Origin: a virus
Taxonomy: Duplodnaviria; Caudoviricetes
Virus record (IMG/VR): IMGVR_UViG_3300031555_003155
Reading direction: 5' to 3' (one strand)
Length of the DNA: 64,000 nt
The position numbers and the translations under genes were made by a program. This document shows, piece by piece, positions 1 through 9,174 of the stretch (within the stretch, counting starts at the first letter, position 1; each line of letters starts with the position of its first letter). The notes beneath the pieces were generated by a model. It saw only the letters and a program-made list of their open reading frames with translations. It searched no databases and was not told the DNA's origin.

Positions 1-85
1 AACGGCTGAACTTGCTACAGAAGAAAAATCAGAAAAAAATAATTACTATAAAAACAATAAACACAATAAATATAATAAAAGATAA
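1..85 (+). CDS. 3' end of a gene truncated by the window edge
   Basis: Open frame from position 2 (TAELATEEKSEKNNYYKNNKHNKYNKR) ends in TAA at 83-85, directly followed by a terminator hairpin. Confidence 0.6.
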   Translation, partial: TAELATEEKSEKNNYYKNNKHNKYNKR

Positions 86-88
86 AAA

Positions 89-127
89 AAATTGAGATAT
101 ATGATAAAAAATCATATATCTCAATTT
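89..127. terminator. bidirectional intrinsic terminator
   Basis: 17-bp perfect inverted repeat AAATTGAGATATATGAT/ATCATATATCTCAATTT between convergent genes. Confidence 0.8.
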
Positions 128-143
128 AATTTTCTTGCAATGA

Positions 144-290
144 TTACATTACGTATTCATTACTTTCGATTCCCATTGTTTCGCCGTCCAATACAAGAGA
201 ATCGCCTTCGAAAATGTTTTCTTCATCCATAATATTGCGTTGCATATGGATGAATAATAAGTAAGAGGAATGTATGTTAAATCCATACAC
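144..290 (-). CDS. small hypothetical early protein (48 aa, not in ORF track)
   Basis: GTG start with AGGAGG RBS; MYGFNIHSSYLLFIHMQRNIMDEENIFEGDSLVLDGETMGIESNEYVM; preceded by early motif at 354-363. Confidence 0.5.
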   Translation of the reverse strand: MYGFNIHSSYLLFIHMQRNIMDEENIFEGDSLVLDGETMGIESNEYVM

Positions 291-353
291 AACAATTTCC
301 CTCCTTTTCGTAATTCTTAGTTGCTTAATTAGAATTTGTTCTCTTACAGGTTA

Positions 354-363
354 ATAATATATA
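354..363 (-). promoter_or_regulatory. early-type promoter motif TATATATTAT
   Basis: One of 11 intergenic copies upstream of non-structural genes. Confidence 0.6.
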
Positions 364-365
364 TG

Positions 366-542
366 TCAATCGTCCGAATTAACGGTGATTGTATCTATAT
401 ATTCATGCGCTTCCTGAAATGATGCAACTTCTATAGTGGAATATGAATCATCCGAAAAATCTTTTGATATAAATATGTTATTGCTATCGTCTTTTCCGAC
501 CTCGTATCCGCTATACGAATATAAAACCTCATACTTACTCAT
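366..542 (-). CDS. small acidic hypothetical early protein (58 aa, not in ORF track)
   Basis: ATG at 542 with AAGGAGG RBS; MSKYEVLYSYSGYEVGKDDSNNIFISKDFSDDSYSTIEVASFQEAHEYIDTITVNSDD; TGA at 366-368. Confidence 0.65.
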   Translation of the reverse strand: MSKYEVLYSYSGYEVGKDDSNNIFISKDFSDDSYSTIEVASFQEAHEYIDTITVNSDD

Positions 543-576
543 TTTAAATCCTCCTTACATATTTTATTATATTATT

Positions 577-586
577 ATAATATATA
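577..586 (-). promoter_or_regulatory. early-type promoter motif TATATATTAT
   Basis: Intergenic copy upstream of 366..542. Confidence 0.6.
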
Positions 587-625
587 TTTAATGATAAAAC
601 TAATACGAAAAAAAAGATAAGAATA

Positions 626-1657
626 TTATCTTATCTTTTTTTGTATTATAGATATCCTGTCTTTTGGAACACCAAAATCTTTTTCATATTCATTATAGAA
701 TAACCGGATATCTTTAAACCATAATCCTAATTCAGATTTTATTTTTTTATAAAACCACGGCTCTTTATCTTTATCGGAATATATATTAATAGTGATGTTA
801 TCTCCAAATAATCCTAATTGAATAAAATATTTTATAACTGCAGCATATGCTGAACCAGAAACTGCTGCATATATGTTATTTTTTTCATTCTTATTCTTTA
901 CATGATAATATACTCCTAATATATCATATACACCTTCTGCTAAATTTATATTTATCTTATCAGAAGTCATTAAGTCTATACTCGTAGGAATACTATAAAA
1001 TTTCCTAGTATTATCTATATTTTTAAATACAGAATATTTATCATAACGCAATTTATTTTTATTAGTTATATCTCTACAAATAATAAACTCATTTCTTATA
1101 GATAAGAAACCAACATAATCTTTATCTAACAAAGATGCTCTTTGTTGAGATACTGTTAAATCACTAATATTATTTTGAGTAATAAATTCTTTTAAACTAA
1201 ATACCGCTTTTAATCGCATCAGTTCTCTAAAAGATAAATTTAATCCAAGCCTATTATTAATATATTCTTTTTTAATATGATTAGATTGTATGTTTGCTGG
1301 TATAGGAACTTTGAAGTCAAATTTATTGTCAACGATACCAAATTCTTTTTTAAATTTTTTAACAGACCCTTTATTAAATCCTAATAACTTACTATTTGTC
1401 GTCAAATCACTAATTTCAAATGTTCGCATTACTGATGGAGTTAGTATACCACTAACTCCACAGTTAAAGCAATTATATAAAATTGGTTCATCATTATTAG
1501 GATTTATTTTAATATAAAACCTTGTTTTATTTGGGTCTTTTTTACTATCTCCACAAAATTCACAACGAACAGCTATTTGGTCAAATGAAACTGCATGTGC
1601 ATGTGGTAATTCTAAAAATTTTTCGCGTATATCAGATTTTAATTCACCAATATCCAT
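626..1657 (-). CDS. DnaG-type DNA primase (Zn finger + TOPRIM)
   Basis: N-terminal CEFCGD...YNCFNC zinc finger; TOPRIM motifs AEGVYD and YSDKD. Confidence 0.75.
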   Translation of the reverse strand: MDIGELKSDIREKFLELPHAHAVSFDQIAVRCEFCGDSKKDPNKTRFYIKINPNNDEPILYNCFNCGVSGILTPSVMRTFEISDLTTNSKLLGFNKGSVKKFKKEFGIVDNKFDFKVPIPANIQSNHIKKEYINNRLGLNLSFRELMRLKAVFSLKEFITQNNISDLTVSQQRASLLDKDYVGFLSIRNEFIICRDITNKNKLRYDKYSVFKNIDNTRKFYSIPTSIDLMTSDKININLAEGVYDILGVYYHVKNKNEKNNIYAAVSGSAYAAVIKYFIQLGLFGDNITINIYSDKDKEPWFYKKIKSELGLWFKDIRLFYNEYEKDFGVPKDRISIIQKKIR

Positions 1658-1686
1658 TCATTGTCACCCACCCCACTTTGTTATGT

Positions 1687-2058
1687 TTATACTGTCACAC
1701 GCACTGGTTTACTTAAATATACTAACACAGACTCAAATTCAGAATCTTTAACTATTGTATCAAAATAATATATCGTACCATCAACGTCTATAGTTTCGAG
1801 TGTTGAATCTGTTAAAATTTCATCAAATAATTCAACACACGCATCTGATAATTCTGCCAAACCATATTCATCGAGTTCACTAATATTTCTATTTTTTGAA
1901 TCAAATAATAATTCTGTTATGTCAGCAGTAACCATTGCATTTTTTAATGTTTCTGGTTCCATATAAGGAATTTCCAACATCAATTTATCAACTCTTCTGT
2001 TTTTAATTTCTACACAAACATTTGCATTACAATCTTTAAATACCAACACTTTTTCCAT
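1687..2058 (-). CDS. hypothetical protein
   Basis: 123-aa ORF with AAGGAGG RBS. Confidence 0.7.
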   Translation of the reverse strand: MEKVLVFKDCNANVCVEIKNRRVDKLMLEIPYMEPETLKNAMVTADITELLFDSKNRNISELDEYGLAELSDACVELFDEILTDSTLETIDVDGTIYYFDTIVKDSEFESVLVYLSKPVRVTV

Positions 2059-2101
2059 TTTACATAGATCCTCCTTAAATTTATTAAAAAATAAAATAAT
2101 C

Positions 2102-2139
2102 GCGTGATACCAGAGTATTTTATTTACCCGGTATCACGC
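2102..2139 (-). terminator. intrinsic terminator-like hairpin
   Basis: GCGTGATACC/GGTATCACGC stem followed on the minus strand by a T-rich tract. Confidence 0.6.
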
Positions 2140-2253
2140 ATATTGTTTATAAAGAAAAATGATCAACAACATGTGGAAGGAGTAAAAACCTGATTAGGTT
2201 TACTTTATAAATCATTTTCTCTTTATAGTTTTTGTTCATACATAAATATTTTA

Positions 2254-3732
2254 TTATAATTGATTTAAGTAGTTTAGAAATTCATCTGATACTATATCTT
2301 GATTTATTTCTATTGGTTTACCCAACATATCCTGCCTATCATAATCTACAAATGTAAATGTTGTATTTATAAGAGTAGATAATAAATTTAATATCATATC
2401 AGATTTATTTATATCTGCTAATGTAGAATATTTGTCACTAATTATTGATTGATAAATTGATGATGTTTCTATTTTGGTCAAAAATTTATCATTTCTAATA
2501 GTTCTGCTGTTTAATCTGCTTTCTATATTAGAAGTAAGTATCTGTGGCAAATATATAAAATTCTGATATTGTAAACGCTTTTTAAGCATTATTAACAATT
2601 TTAAATATTGTGTTCTATTAAGAAGATTTAAATCTCTATAACCATTAAAGAACTTCGCATAGAAATAGAATACTAATTGGGTTTGGAATTTAGTTATCTT
2701 AAGATGTTTTCTATAAAATTCTAATTCCTCTTTGTCTATATCAATATGCATCTTTTTCTTAATACGTTTAATGGTTTTCTTTATATTTATATTGGATAGT
2801 ATTATTGTCGATTCATCCATCTTTGTTGCATTCATTTCGAGCTTGTCAAGCCCGCTAAGCCCATTCAAATCCTTTTTAGCAGAAAGTTCTATTCGATTCT
2901 GCTGGTACGGCTCAATTAAAAAGAATCTTAATTGCTTTTCCAGCACTACGTAATTAAAACTTATAATATTCTTATTAAAAGCATATTTGAACATAGTTTC
3001 TGATATTATTTTATCTTTTAATAATTCATTCATATGAGTTAATTGATCTGTACCAAATATTTCTCTTTGAGCCCATATCGTTTTATTTCGTATATAGTTT
3101 ACATTTACTTTAGAGTATATAGATATCCACAACTTATTATAAATATCTATTTCACCACCGAATAAATCAAATAATCCTTCATAAAATCTATAGATATATT
3201 TTCTATCTTTAATTAGACCATATGAGTTCATATAATGAAACATAACCGGAACCATTAATTTCATAGCCATAGAAATTTGCATCATTATTTTAGCATGTTC
3301 TTTAGTAAATTCCAAAGTTTCATTATACTTTATTCCGGTATCTGAGGTTAAATCTATATAGTAATTATCCTCAACCATATTAATTATTTTATCAACTATA
3401 CTATCTGAGAGCAATATATTATATATCAACTTTATGTAAGTTGATATGGATATATTATTCTTCTTATTATCTACAAGAAATTTAAGTTTAAGATATGCGA
3501 GAAGAAGTTCGTTATCAGGATCATAGAATTTAATAAAATAATTAATATAATTTGTTATTTCATCTAATTTCTTTACATAAGATTCTTTTTTAATTATAAA
3601 ATTATTAAGAGTATCAACATTCGTTTTGTCGAATATTTTATCAAATGGTATAACTATAAGTTTACCATCATATGTTACTTTTACATCATTCTTTGAAGGT
3701 TTCCATTCATCTACTTTAATAAATTTTTTCAT
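2254..3732 (-). CDS. promoter-specificity (sigma-like) subunit of the non-virion RNA polymerase, AR9 gp226-like
   Basis: Blocks IPFDKIF...NNFIIKKESY, NKLWISIYSKV...IW, NIISFNYVVLEKQL and LSGLDKLEMN resemble AR9 gp226 as I recall it; similar size; two genes from a chaperonin, as for AR9 gp226/gp228; has an early promoter motif. Confidence 0.75.
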   Translation of the reverse strand: MKKFIKVDEWKPSKNDVKVTYDGKLIVIPFDKIFDKTNVDTLNNFIIKKESYVKKLDEITNYINYFIKFYDPDNELLLAYLKLKFLVDNKKNNISISTYIKLIYNILLSDSIVDKIINMVEDNYYIDLTSDTGIKYNETLEFTKEHAKIMMQISMAMKLMVPVMFHYMNSYGLIKDRKYIYRFYEGLFDLFGGEIDIYNKLWISIYSKVNVNYIRNKTIWAQREIFGTDQLTHMNELLKDKIISETMFKYAFNKNIISFNYVVLEKQLRFFLIEPYQQNRIELSAKKDLNGLSGLDKLEMNATKMDESTIILSNINIKKTIKRIKKKMHIDIDKEELEFYRKHLKITKFQTQLVFYFYAKFFNGYRDLNLLNRTQYLKLLIMLKKRLQYQNFIYLPQILTSNIESRLNSRTIRNDKFLTKIETSSIYQSIISDKYSTLADINKSDMILNLLSTLINTTFTFVDYDRQDMLGKPIEINQDIVSDEFLNYLNQL

Positions 3733-3778
3733 GTTAAAATACTTCCCCCATTTCTATATGTCTATTAAGTATATAATC

Positions 3779-3788
3779 ATAATATATA
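3779..3788 (-). promoter_or_regulatory. early-type promoter motif TATATATTAT
   Basis: Upstream of the sigma-like subunit gene. Confidence 0.65.
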
Positions 3789-3816
3789 CTTATAAACTAA
3801 TTTTATAGAAAGCGTG

Positions 3817-4581
3817 CTATTTTTCTCCTATTTTCTTACGTGGTTTAATTTTTTTAGATGCTTTTATCACATTAACACCTTTTCTTTTCTCTCCACGAAT
3901 TTTTGTACCACTAGTAGTAGATCTTCTATTTTTTCTCTCTTTATCTTCTTTATCTTTTTTCTTCTCATTTCTGAGACGATTTTCTTCTTTCTTTATTTCA
4001 AGCATTATATCAGAGTTTGACCGTATTATGTCGTATAACTCTTTTTTATTTAACTTTTTAGCAGTACCCATACTCATTTTATTTAATAATATTTTATGAG
4101 TCTCAAGATATTTACAAGCAAAATATATAGATTTTTCAAAGCTTATAATCTCTCCAGGGTTTCTTGTTACGGGATTATCATCAATAACTTTATCTTCATA
4201 TTTATTTTTTAAGAAATCGATTAATAAATCATAGTCATTATACACATAAGCAAATGTATATGTAAAACTTGGACAATTACTAAAAAACTTAAGATAATAT
4301 CTGTTGAGATTAATATCCGATTTAAAATTTTCTTCACCTTCAGTGAATTGTATTATAACATCGTAAGTGTTATTTCTTTCAGATTCACTTGGTATTATAA
4401 AATGAAAATAAAAATCATTTCTATCATAATATATAGTATACTTAAAATTCTTATTTTCTTTAATAAGTTTTTCATATCTTTTATTTAAATCGTCTTTTAT
4501 TAATTGACGGTTCATTATAGCTGTAGAGCCTTTACCCATAGGATTATCAAGATAATCCTTTAGTGTTTGTGGCATAAACAT
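3817..4581 (-). CDS. hypothetical protein with basic C-terminal tail (degenerate SWIM-like FSNCPSF segment)
   Basis: 254-aa ORF; Lys/Arg-rich C-terminus suggests nucleic acid binding. Confidence 0.6.
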   Translation of the reverse strand: MFMPQTLKDYLDNPMGKGSTAIMNRQLIKDDLNKRYEKLIKENKNFKYTIYYDRNDFYFHFIIPSESERNNTYDVIIQFTEGEENFKSDINLNRYYLKFFSNCPSFTYTFAYVYNDYDLLIDFLKNKYEDKVIDDNPVTRNPGEIISFEKSIYFACKYLETHKILLNKMSMGTAKKLNKKELYDIIRSNSDIMLEIKKEENRLRNEKKKDKEDKERKNRRSTTSGTKIRGEKRKGVNVIKASKKIKPRKKIGEK

Positions 4582-4620
4582 ATATCTCTCACCATCCTTA
4601 TAACTAAAATTTATGGGGTC

Positions 4621-4660
4621 TGATAGAGAATAGAAGTAAAATACGTTCTATTCTCTATCA
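4621..4660 (-). terminator. intrinsic terminator after chaperonin
   Basis: 15-bp inverted repeat TGATAGAGAATAGAA/TTCTATTCTCTATCA. Confidence 0.65.
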
Positions 4661-4669
4661 TTTATTTTT

Positions 4670-6361
4670 TTATTCTCTTCTCATATCGGATTTGTTCATA
4701 ATAGAAATGTACTGATTACTTGAAATTAATAATGAAACTATTGATACTGTCGCTTTTAAGATTTCAATATCAGTAATGCACGAATTGATAATTGTATCAA
4801 CATATTCGTCTGTTATGAGATCATAACACACCAATTTATCATCATTATTATACAAGCACTTTTCTATCATAGATTCAATTTCATCATTCGACATATCGAT
4901 GAATTTATTCTTAAGTACAGTTGTATATACATTGATAAATGCCTGATAAATCATACTATATACAATATGTTCATTATCTTTAAGAGATGACGAAGTTTCG
5001 TTAAGAATATTATTAACAGTTTTAGGGATAATTAAACTACCACCACAGTTGTATCCATGCTTATATGCAGATTCACATGCCTTAATAGCATCTTCAACAA
5101 GATCGTAATTCGCTTTCTTTTCTAATGTAGAATATCCACCAACATGAATGATACCCATTGAACCTTTAAGTTTTGTGGCTCTCTGTTTAACTTCATTTAA
5201 TTTAGTATCGATTATGCCTTTATTACGATATTCTTCTTCCATAGCGTTATATTTAGCTTCAGCATCTTCAACGATTTTCTTATACATATTTTCATTTCGT
5301 TTAGTAAATCCTTTAACAAATGTAGTCTTACTATTTATAGAAATACTATCAACTTCACCAATAAAATCATATAATTTCTCTACATTAAATTCCGACGCAA
5401 CCTGTTCTGTTATTACTTCGCCACCAACCATAACTGCAAAGTCATTATACAATTCATGTGATAAGTTATTAACCAACGATACTCTAGTATATACAACATT
5501 AGATGTACCTCTAACTCTATATTCAGCCATTGTATCATTTTTAATTCTATCAAGTAAGAATGTATCATAGTTTGGCGCAACAACAACAAGTCTTCTATTG
5601 TTGGATGCAGCCAATCTCATAGCATCCTGGATAATTGGGTATGACATATCTAAATCAACTTTATGATTAAACATCAATAATGCAGGATTATCAATATCAC
5701 AAGAACCTGTATCTGTGTTTGTAAATATTGTATCGATATATGTTATATTAGCTTTATAACCACTTGATATAACTTCACATCTTGTTTCATCAGTTTTTGA
5801 CTGAATATATTCGATACTCGGATTATCGGTTTCTTTATAAATCCTTTGTATCATCGATGCGATATTATCATCACCATTTGTTGCGACATATGCAATTCGA
5901 TAAATTTCATCAAAAGTTTCTTTATTAATTTTATTAGAATTTGCATAAATTCTATCCGTGATGTTAGTTACACATTTATTAAGCAATTCCATAAAATCTT
6001 TAGGTCTAATATTATTTAAAAGGGATTTTCCTTTTTCAATTTCTGATAATATTGAATTAGCAGCAACGATTGATGATGTTGAGCCATCACCGACTTTAAT
6101 AACAACTTGGGCGCTAATTCTCAATAATAATAAAAGTATATTATTATCGATAGGGTCGTCAAATTTTATATTTTTTAATACTTGAAAACCGTCTTTTGTT
6201 ATATGCATTTCGCCATATTGTTCAATTATAGTTGTTGAGCCATATGGTCCTAATGTGTTTGTCAATACACCAGATACATAGTCAAATACCGCTCTGGTTT
6301 TAGTTCTAAATTCTTTTTCACTAATAACATTAGATGATAAGTTTAAGTTTTCTGTACTCAT
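4670..6361 (-). CDS. groEL: phage chaperonin (GroEL/Cpn60-like)
   Basis: TLGPYG, ITKDG, VGDGSTS, IHVGG...EKK...VEDA and GG motifs; no GGM tail. Confidence 0.92.
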   Translation of the reverse strand: MSTENLNLSSNVISEKEFRTKTRAVFDYVSGVLTNTLGPYGSTTIIEQYGEMHITKDGFQVLKNIKFDDPIDNNILLLLLRISAQVVIKVGDGSTSSIVAANSILSEIEKGKSLLNNIRPKDFMELLNKCVTNITDRIYANSNKINKETFDEIYRIAYVATNGDDNIASMIQRIYKETDNPSIEYIQSKTDETRCEVISSGYKANITYIDTIFTNTDTGSCDIDNPALLMFNHKVDLDMSYPIIQDAMRLAASNNRRLVVVAPNYDTFLLDRIKNDTMAEYRVRGTSNVVYTRVSLVNNLSHELYNDFAVMVGGEVITEQVASEFNVEKLYDFIGEVDSISINSKTTFVKGFTKRNENMYKKIVEDAEAKYNAMEEEYRNKGIIDTKLNEVKQRATKLKGSMGIIHVGGYSTLEKKANYDLVEDAIKACESAYKHGYNCGGSLIIPKTVNNILNETSSSLKDNEHIVYSMIYQAFINVYTTVLKNKFIDMSNDEIESMIEKCLYNNDDKLVCYDLITDEYVDTIINSCITDIEILKATVSIVSLLISSNQYISIMNKSDMRRE

Positions 6362-6388
6362 AAAATAAACCTCCTATTTATTATATAA

Positions 6389-6400
6389 TAAGTAATTGTT
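6389..6400 (-). promoter_or_regulatory. late promoter AACA-N6-TA
   Basis: AACAATTACTTA upstream of chaperonin. Confidence 0.65.
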
Positions 6401-6420
6401 GATAGTATAATAACTTTAAA

Positions 6421-7128
6421 CTAATATATTATATTTTTATCAACTCTGAATGTGCCAGATTTAAATATGTATTTTTTCATCTTTTCCTCAATCCCATCCA
6501 CATCTAATACGGCTTTCCCTTCTTTATTTTTTTTATAGTTCCAGCCACAATCTGCAATTAAAATATTTGTGTATTCAGCTTTACCAGCATTTATAATACC
6601 ATCGACTAATTTAATATCATTTATTATAAATGTGGTTATTTTCTCTTCAACGCTGTTTACGGCATCAATAAAGTCCCCAGTTATGTAATTTATTCTGTTC
6701 ATATCCTGATACGAATTTTGTATGTCTTCATGTATTCTTCTATCATATATTTCTGTGTGTATATAGATTTTTGTAACATATTTTTGTTTTAATAAGAAAT
6801 GTATACTGCTTCCTATTGCTAAATGCTTAGATTCAGAAAACATATCAGGAAAACTTGTATATAAACTGCTCATACATGCATGGTAATTAAATGGAACTTT
6901 CATGACTGTTTTTAAGATATTTTTATCTATACTCTTTACAACAAGTCCTAATAATTGACTATCGCTATAATCTTTGAACATATCGAAATCTATACAATAA
7001 TCATATCCTTTTCTATAATCTTCATTATATAGTAATCGAGTCAATAGATATGGTTTAAATGACTTTATAATATCATGATATTGTATAAATAAACATTCTT
7101 CACTATTTATATACTCATTATTTATCAT
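6421..7128 (-). CDS. hypothetical protein, possible degenerate HAD/NT5C-like fold
   Basis: LFIQYHD at motif I position, FIIND and ILIADCGWN near the C-terminus; catalytic DxD absent. Confidence 0.35.
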   Translation of the reverse strand: MINNEYINSEECLFIQYHDIIKSFKPYLLTRLLYNEDYRKGYDYCIDFDMFKDYSDSQLLGLVVKSIDKNILKTVMKVPFNYHACMSSLYTSFPDMFSESKHLAIGSSIHFLLKQKYVTKIYIHTEIYDRRIHEDIQNSYQDMNRINYITGDFIDAVNSVEEKITTFIINDIKLVDGIINAGKAEYTNILIADCGWNYKKNKEGKAVLDVDGIEEKMKKYIFKSGTFRVDKNIIY

Positions 7129-7156
7129 AAAAACTCCTCCGTTTCAAATGAAAAAA

Positions 7157-7184
7157 AAATAGAATGACAGAAGTCATTCTATTT
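7157..7184 (-). terminator. intrinsic terminator
   Basis: AAATAGAATGAC/GTCATTCTATTT stem with poly-T on the minus strand. Confidence 0.75.
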
Positions 7185-7193
7185 ATAGTTTAA

Positions 7194-7997
7194 TTAATTT
7201 AAATAATCTTCCATTTGGTCAAAGTTGCTTAATTGTGCAGCTTCTGCCATAGCTAATTCCGAGTCTTGTGTCGATTGTGAACCCCATGATGTTCTTTGTC
7301 CACTAAATCCCATACGACTAGCTCCTCTAGGTGTGACATTCGCTCCAACCTTTTCTCCAATAGATACAACAGCATCGTATAGTCTATCGTTAACGAATTT
7401 ATTTACATATCTATCAGAATGGGTTCCAGCATTGCTCATACCAACGATAGTACTCTTTAATAATTCAATAAATAATAATAATTCACTATACACCTTTGTT
7501 CCTAATGTATATTTACCTGTATTTGGGTCATAATCATCAATACTATCAATAGTTTTAAATTCATAGTATATTGACAATTCGGCTTTTTTAGTATCAGGAT
7601 TAATTCCTTTAAATAAAGCAAGGAATGGTCTGATTGAACCCGTGATACTTTTTCCTGTTCCAATAGCAATCATTCCATCATTACCAACCGCAACCCCAAT
7701 ACTTTTATCAGCATCATTTTCGATTGCAGGAATAATTTCTTTTGTAATTTTATACATTAATGACATAACTTTTTCTAAAGTTAATGATGTTTTAACAGAT
7801 TTCTCATAATCATAAAATCTATCATTGGTCTGTTTTGATGGTTCTAATGCCGGATTGATAGTTATTGTCATTTTATCATCCCAGAAACCAATATTCATTG
7901 CAGAAGGTTCGAAGCCTTCCCTATTCATAAAAGTATACCCGCGGGTATTTACACTCTGTTTGTCTTTACTATTATTTTGCTTATAACTTGAATTCAT
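7194..7997 (-). CDS. hypothetical protein, possibly ssDNA-binding
   Basis: Beta-rich core, G/S/Q-rich linker and acidic tail (FDQMEDYLN), as in SSBs; no firm motif. Confidence 0.4.
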   Translation of the reverse strand: MNSSYKQNNSKDKQSVNTRGYTFMNREGFEPSAMNIGFWDDKMTITINPALEPSKQTNDRFYDYEKSVKTSLTLEKVMSLMYKITKEIIPAIENDADKSIGVAVGNDGMIAIGTGKSITGSIRPFLALFKGINPDTKKAELSIYYEFKTIDSIDDYDPNTGKYTLGTKVYSELLLFIELLKSTIVGMSNAGTHSDRYVNKFVNDRLYDAVVSIGEKVGANVTPRGASRMGFSGQRTSWGSQSTQDSELAMAEAAQLSNFDQMEDYLN

Positions 7998-8043
7998 TAT
8001 TATTTCCTCCTAAATTTTTATTAAGTTTTAATAATAAGTTGAA

Positions 8044-8286
8044 TCATTTATTATTAATCATTTCTATAATCTGATCGTATGTGTAATTTATATCATTTAT
8101 AGTTAATATAGTGGTATCTCCTGTGATTTTAGATATATCAAACGCGTCTGAGGTTACTATTAATGTAAAATCTTTACTTAAGTTTTCATGAAATGCATTT
8201 AATTGCTTAGATAATACATCGCTCGGAATATTTTCTAACTTATCCATATCCAGTTTTATATGTATTAATGTTTTTTCTTTATCCAT
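8044..8286 (-). CDS. hypothetical protein
   Basis: 80-aa ORF with GGAGG RBS. Confidence 0.65.
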   Translation of the reverse strand: MDKEKTLIHIKLDMDKLENIPSDVLSKQLNAFHENLSKDFTLIVTSDAFDISKITGDTTILTINDINYTYDQIIEMINNK

Positions 8287-8299
8287 TATTTAATTCCTC

Positions 8300-8770
8300 C
8301 TAAATATATTTTTCTACAAACTTTGAAATTTTCTTATAAAATAATATAATATCTTTAGCCATCGCATCACATTCATTATTAAAAATGTTATCAGCATGCC
8401 CTTTGACATGAATTATATTAACATTGTGATATTCAACTAATTCAATTATTTTTTCCCATAAATCTTTATTCGCAACATCTTCACCTTTAGAATTTTTCCA
8501 TCCATTTTTCATCCAATTGATATACCATTTTTTATTGTATCCGTTGCATACGTATGATGAATCTGTAAATAAAGAAATATTTCTTTTGTCTTTAAAATAC
8601 GATAATGCCGAAATTACCGCCATCATTTCCATTCGTTGATTAGTTGTGTTAGGTTCATACCCAGAAACTTTAATAGGTTTCTGGGTATCAAAGATTATTG
8701 CAGCATAACCACCATTACCGCCAGGGTTCTTATCACAAGAACCGTCAGTATATACTATTACATTATCCAT
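8300..8770 (-). CDS. rnhA: ribonuclease HI
   Basis: YTDGS, NPGGNGG, TTNQRME, TDSSY, WKNSKGEDVANKDLW, HVKGH, NNECDAMA. Confidence 0.95.
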   Translation of the reverse strand: MDNVIVYTDGSCDKNPGGNGGYAAIIFDTQKPIKVSGYEPNTTNQRMEMMAVISALSYFKDKRNISLFTDSSYVCNGYNKKWYINWMKNGWKNSKGEDVANKDLWEKIIELVEYHNVNIIHVKGHADNIFNNECDAMAKDIILFYKKISKFVEKYI

Positions 8771-8797
8771 ACAATTATTCTCCTCAATGTTTCTACA

Positions 8798-9151
8798 TCA
8801 ATACCCGTATCTTCTAAAAAACTCACCATACGAGATATTGAGCTCTTTACATAATTTATCTATCTCCACTAAAGACTTTTTACTGTTTTCTGATTGGATT
8901 TTTCTTTTTCGTTTAGTTTGCTTATTTGCATTATCTTCACATTTTTTAGAACAATATTTTTCATCTTTTTTTGTTTGAAATATTTTATTGCAATATTCAC
9001 ATTTTATATCATGCCAAGCAGACCTTTGCTCTTTTAATTTAGCTTCATTTCTGCATTTATCGCAACAATATTTTTTATTTTTGTGAAAACTTATAAATTC
9101 TTTTTCACAATTCTTACAATATGCAATAATATCTTTCGATTTTTCTTCCAC
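8798..9151 (-). CDS. small protein with two CxxC...YCxxxC zinc-binding repeats
   Basis: CKNC...YCCDKC and CEYC...YCSKKC; C-terminal ISYG motif. Confidence 0.65.
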   Translation of the reverse strand: MEEKSKDIIAYCKNCEKEFISFHKNKKYCCDKCRNEAKLKEQRSAWHDIKCEYCNKIFQTKKDEKYCSKKCEDNANKQTKRKRKIQSENSKKSLVEIDKLCKELNISYGEFFRRYGY

Positions 9152-9174
9152 GTTAAATGCATTCCCTTCTTATA

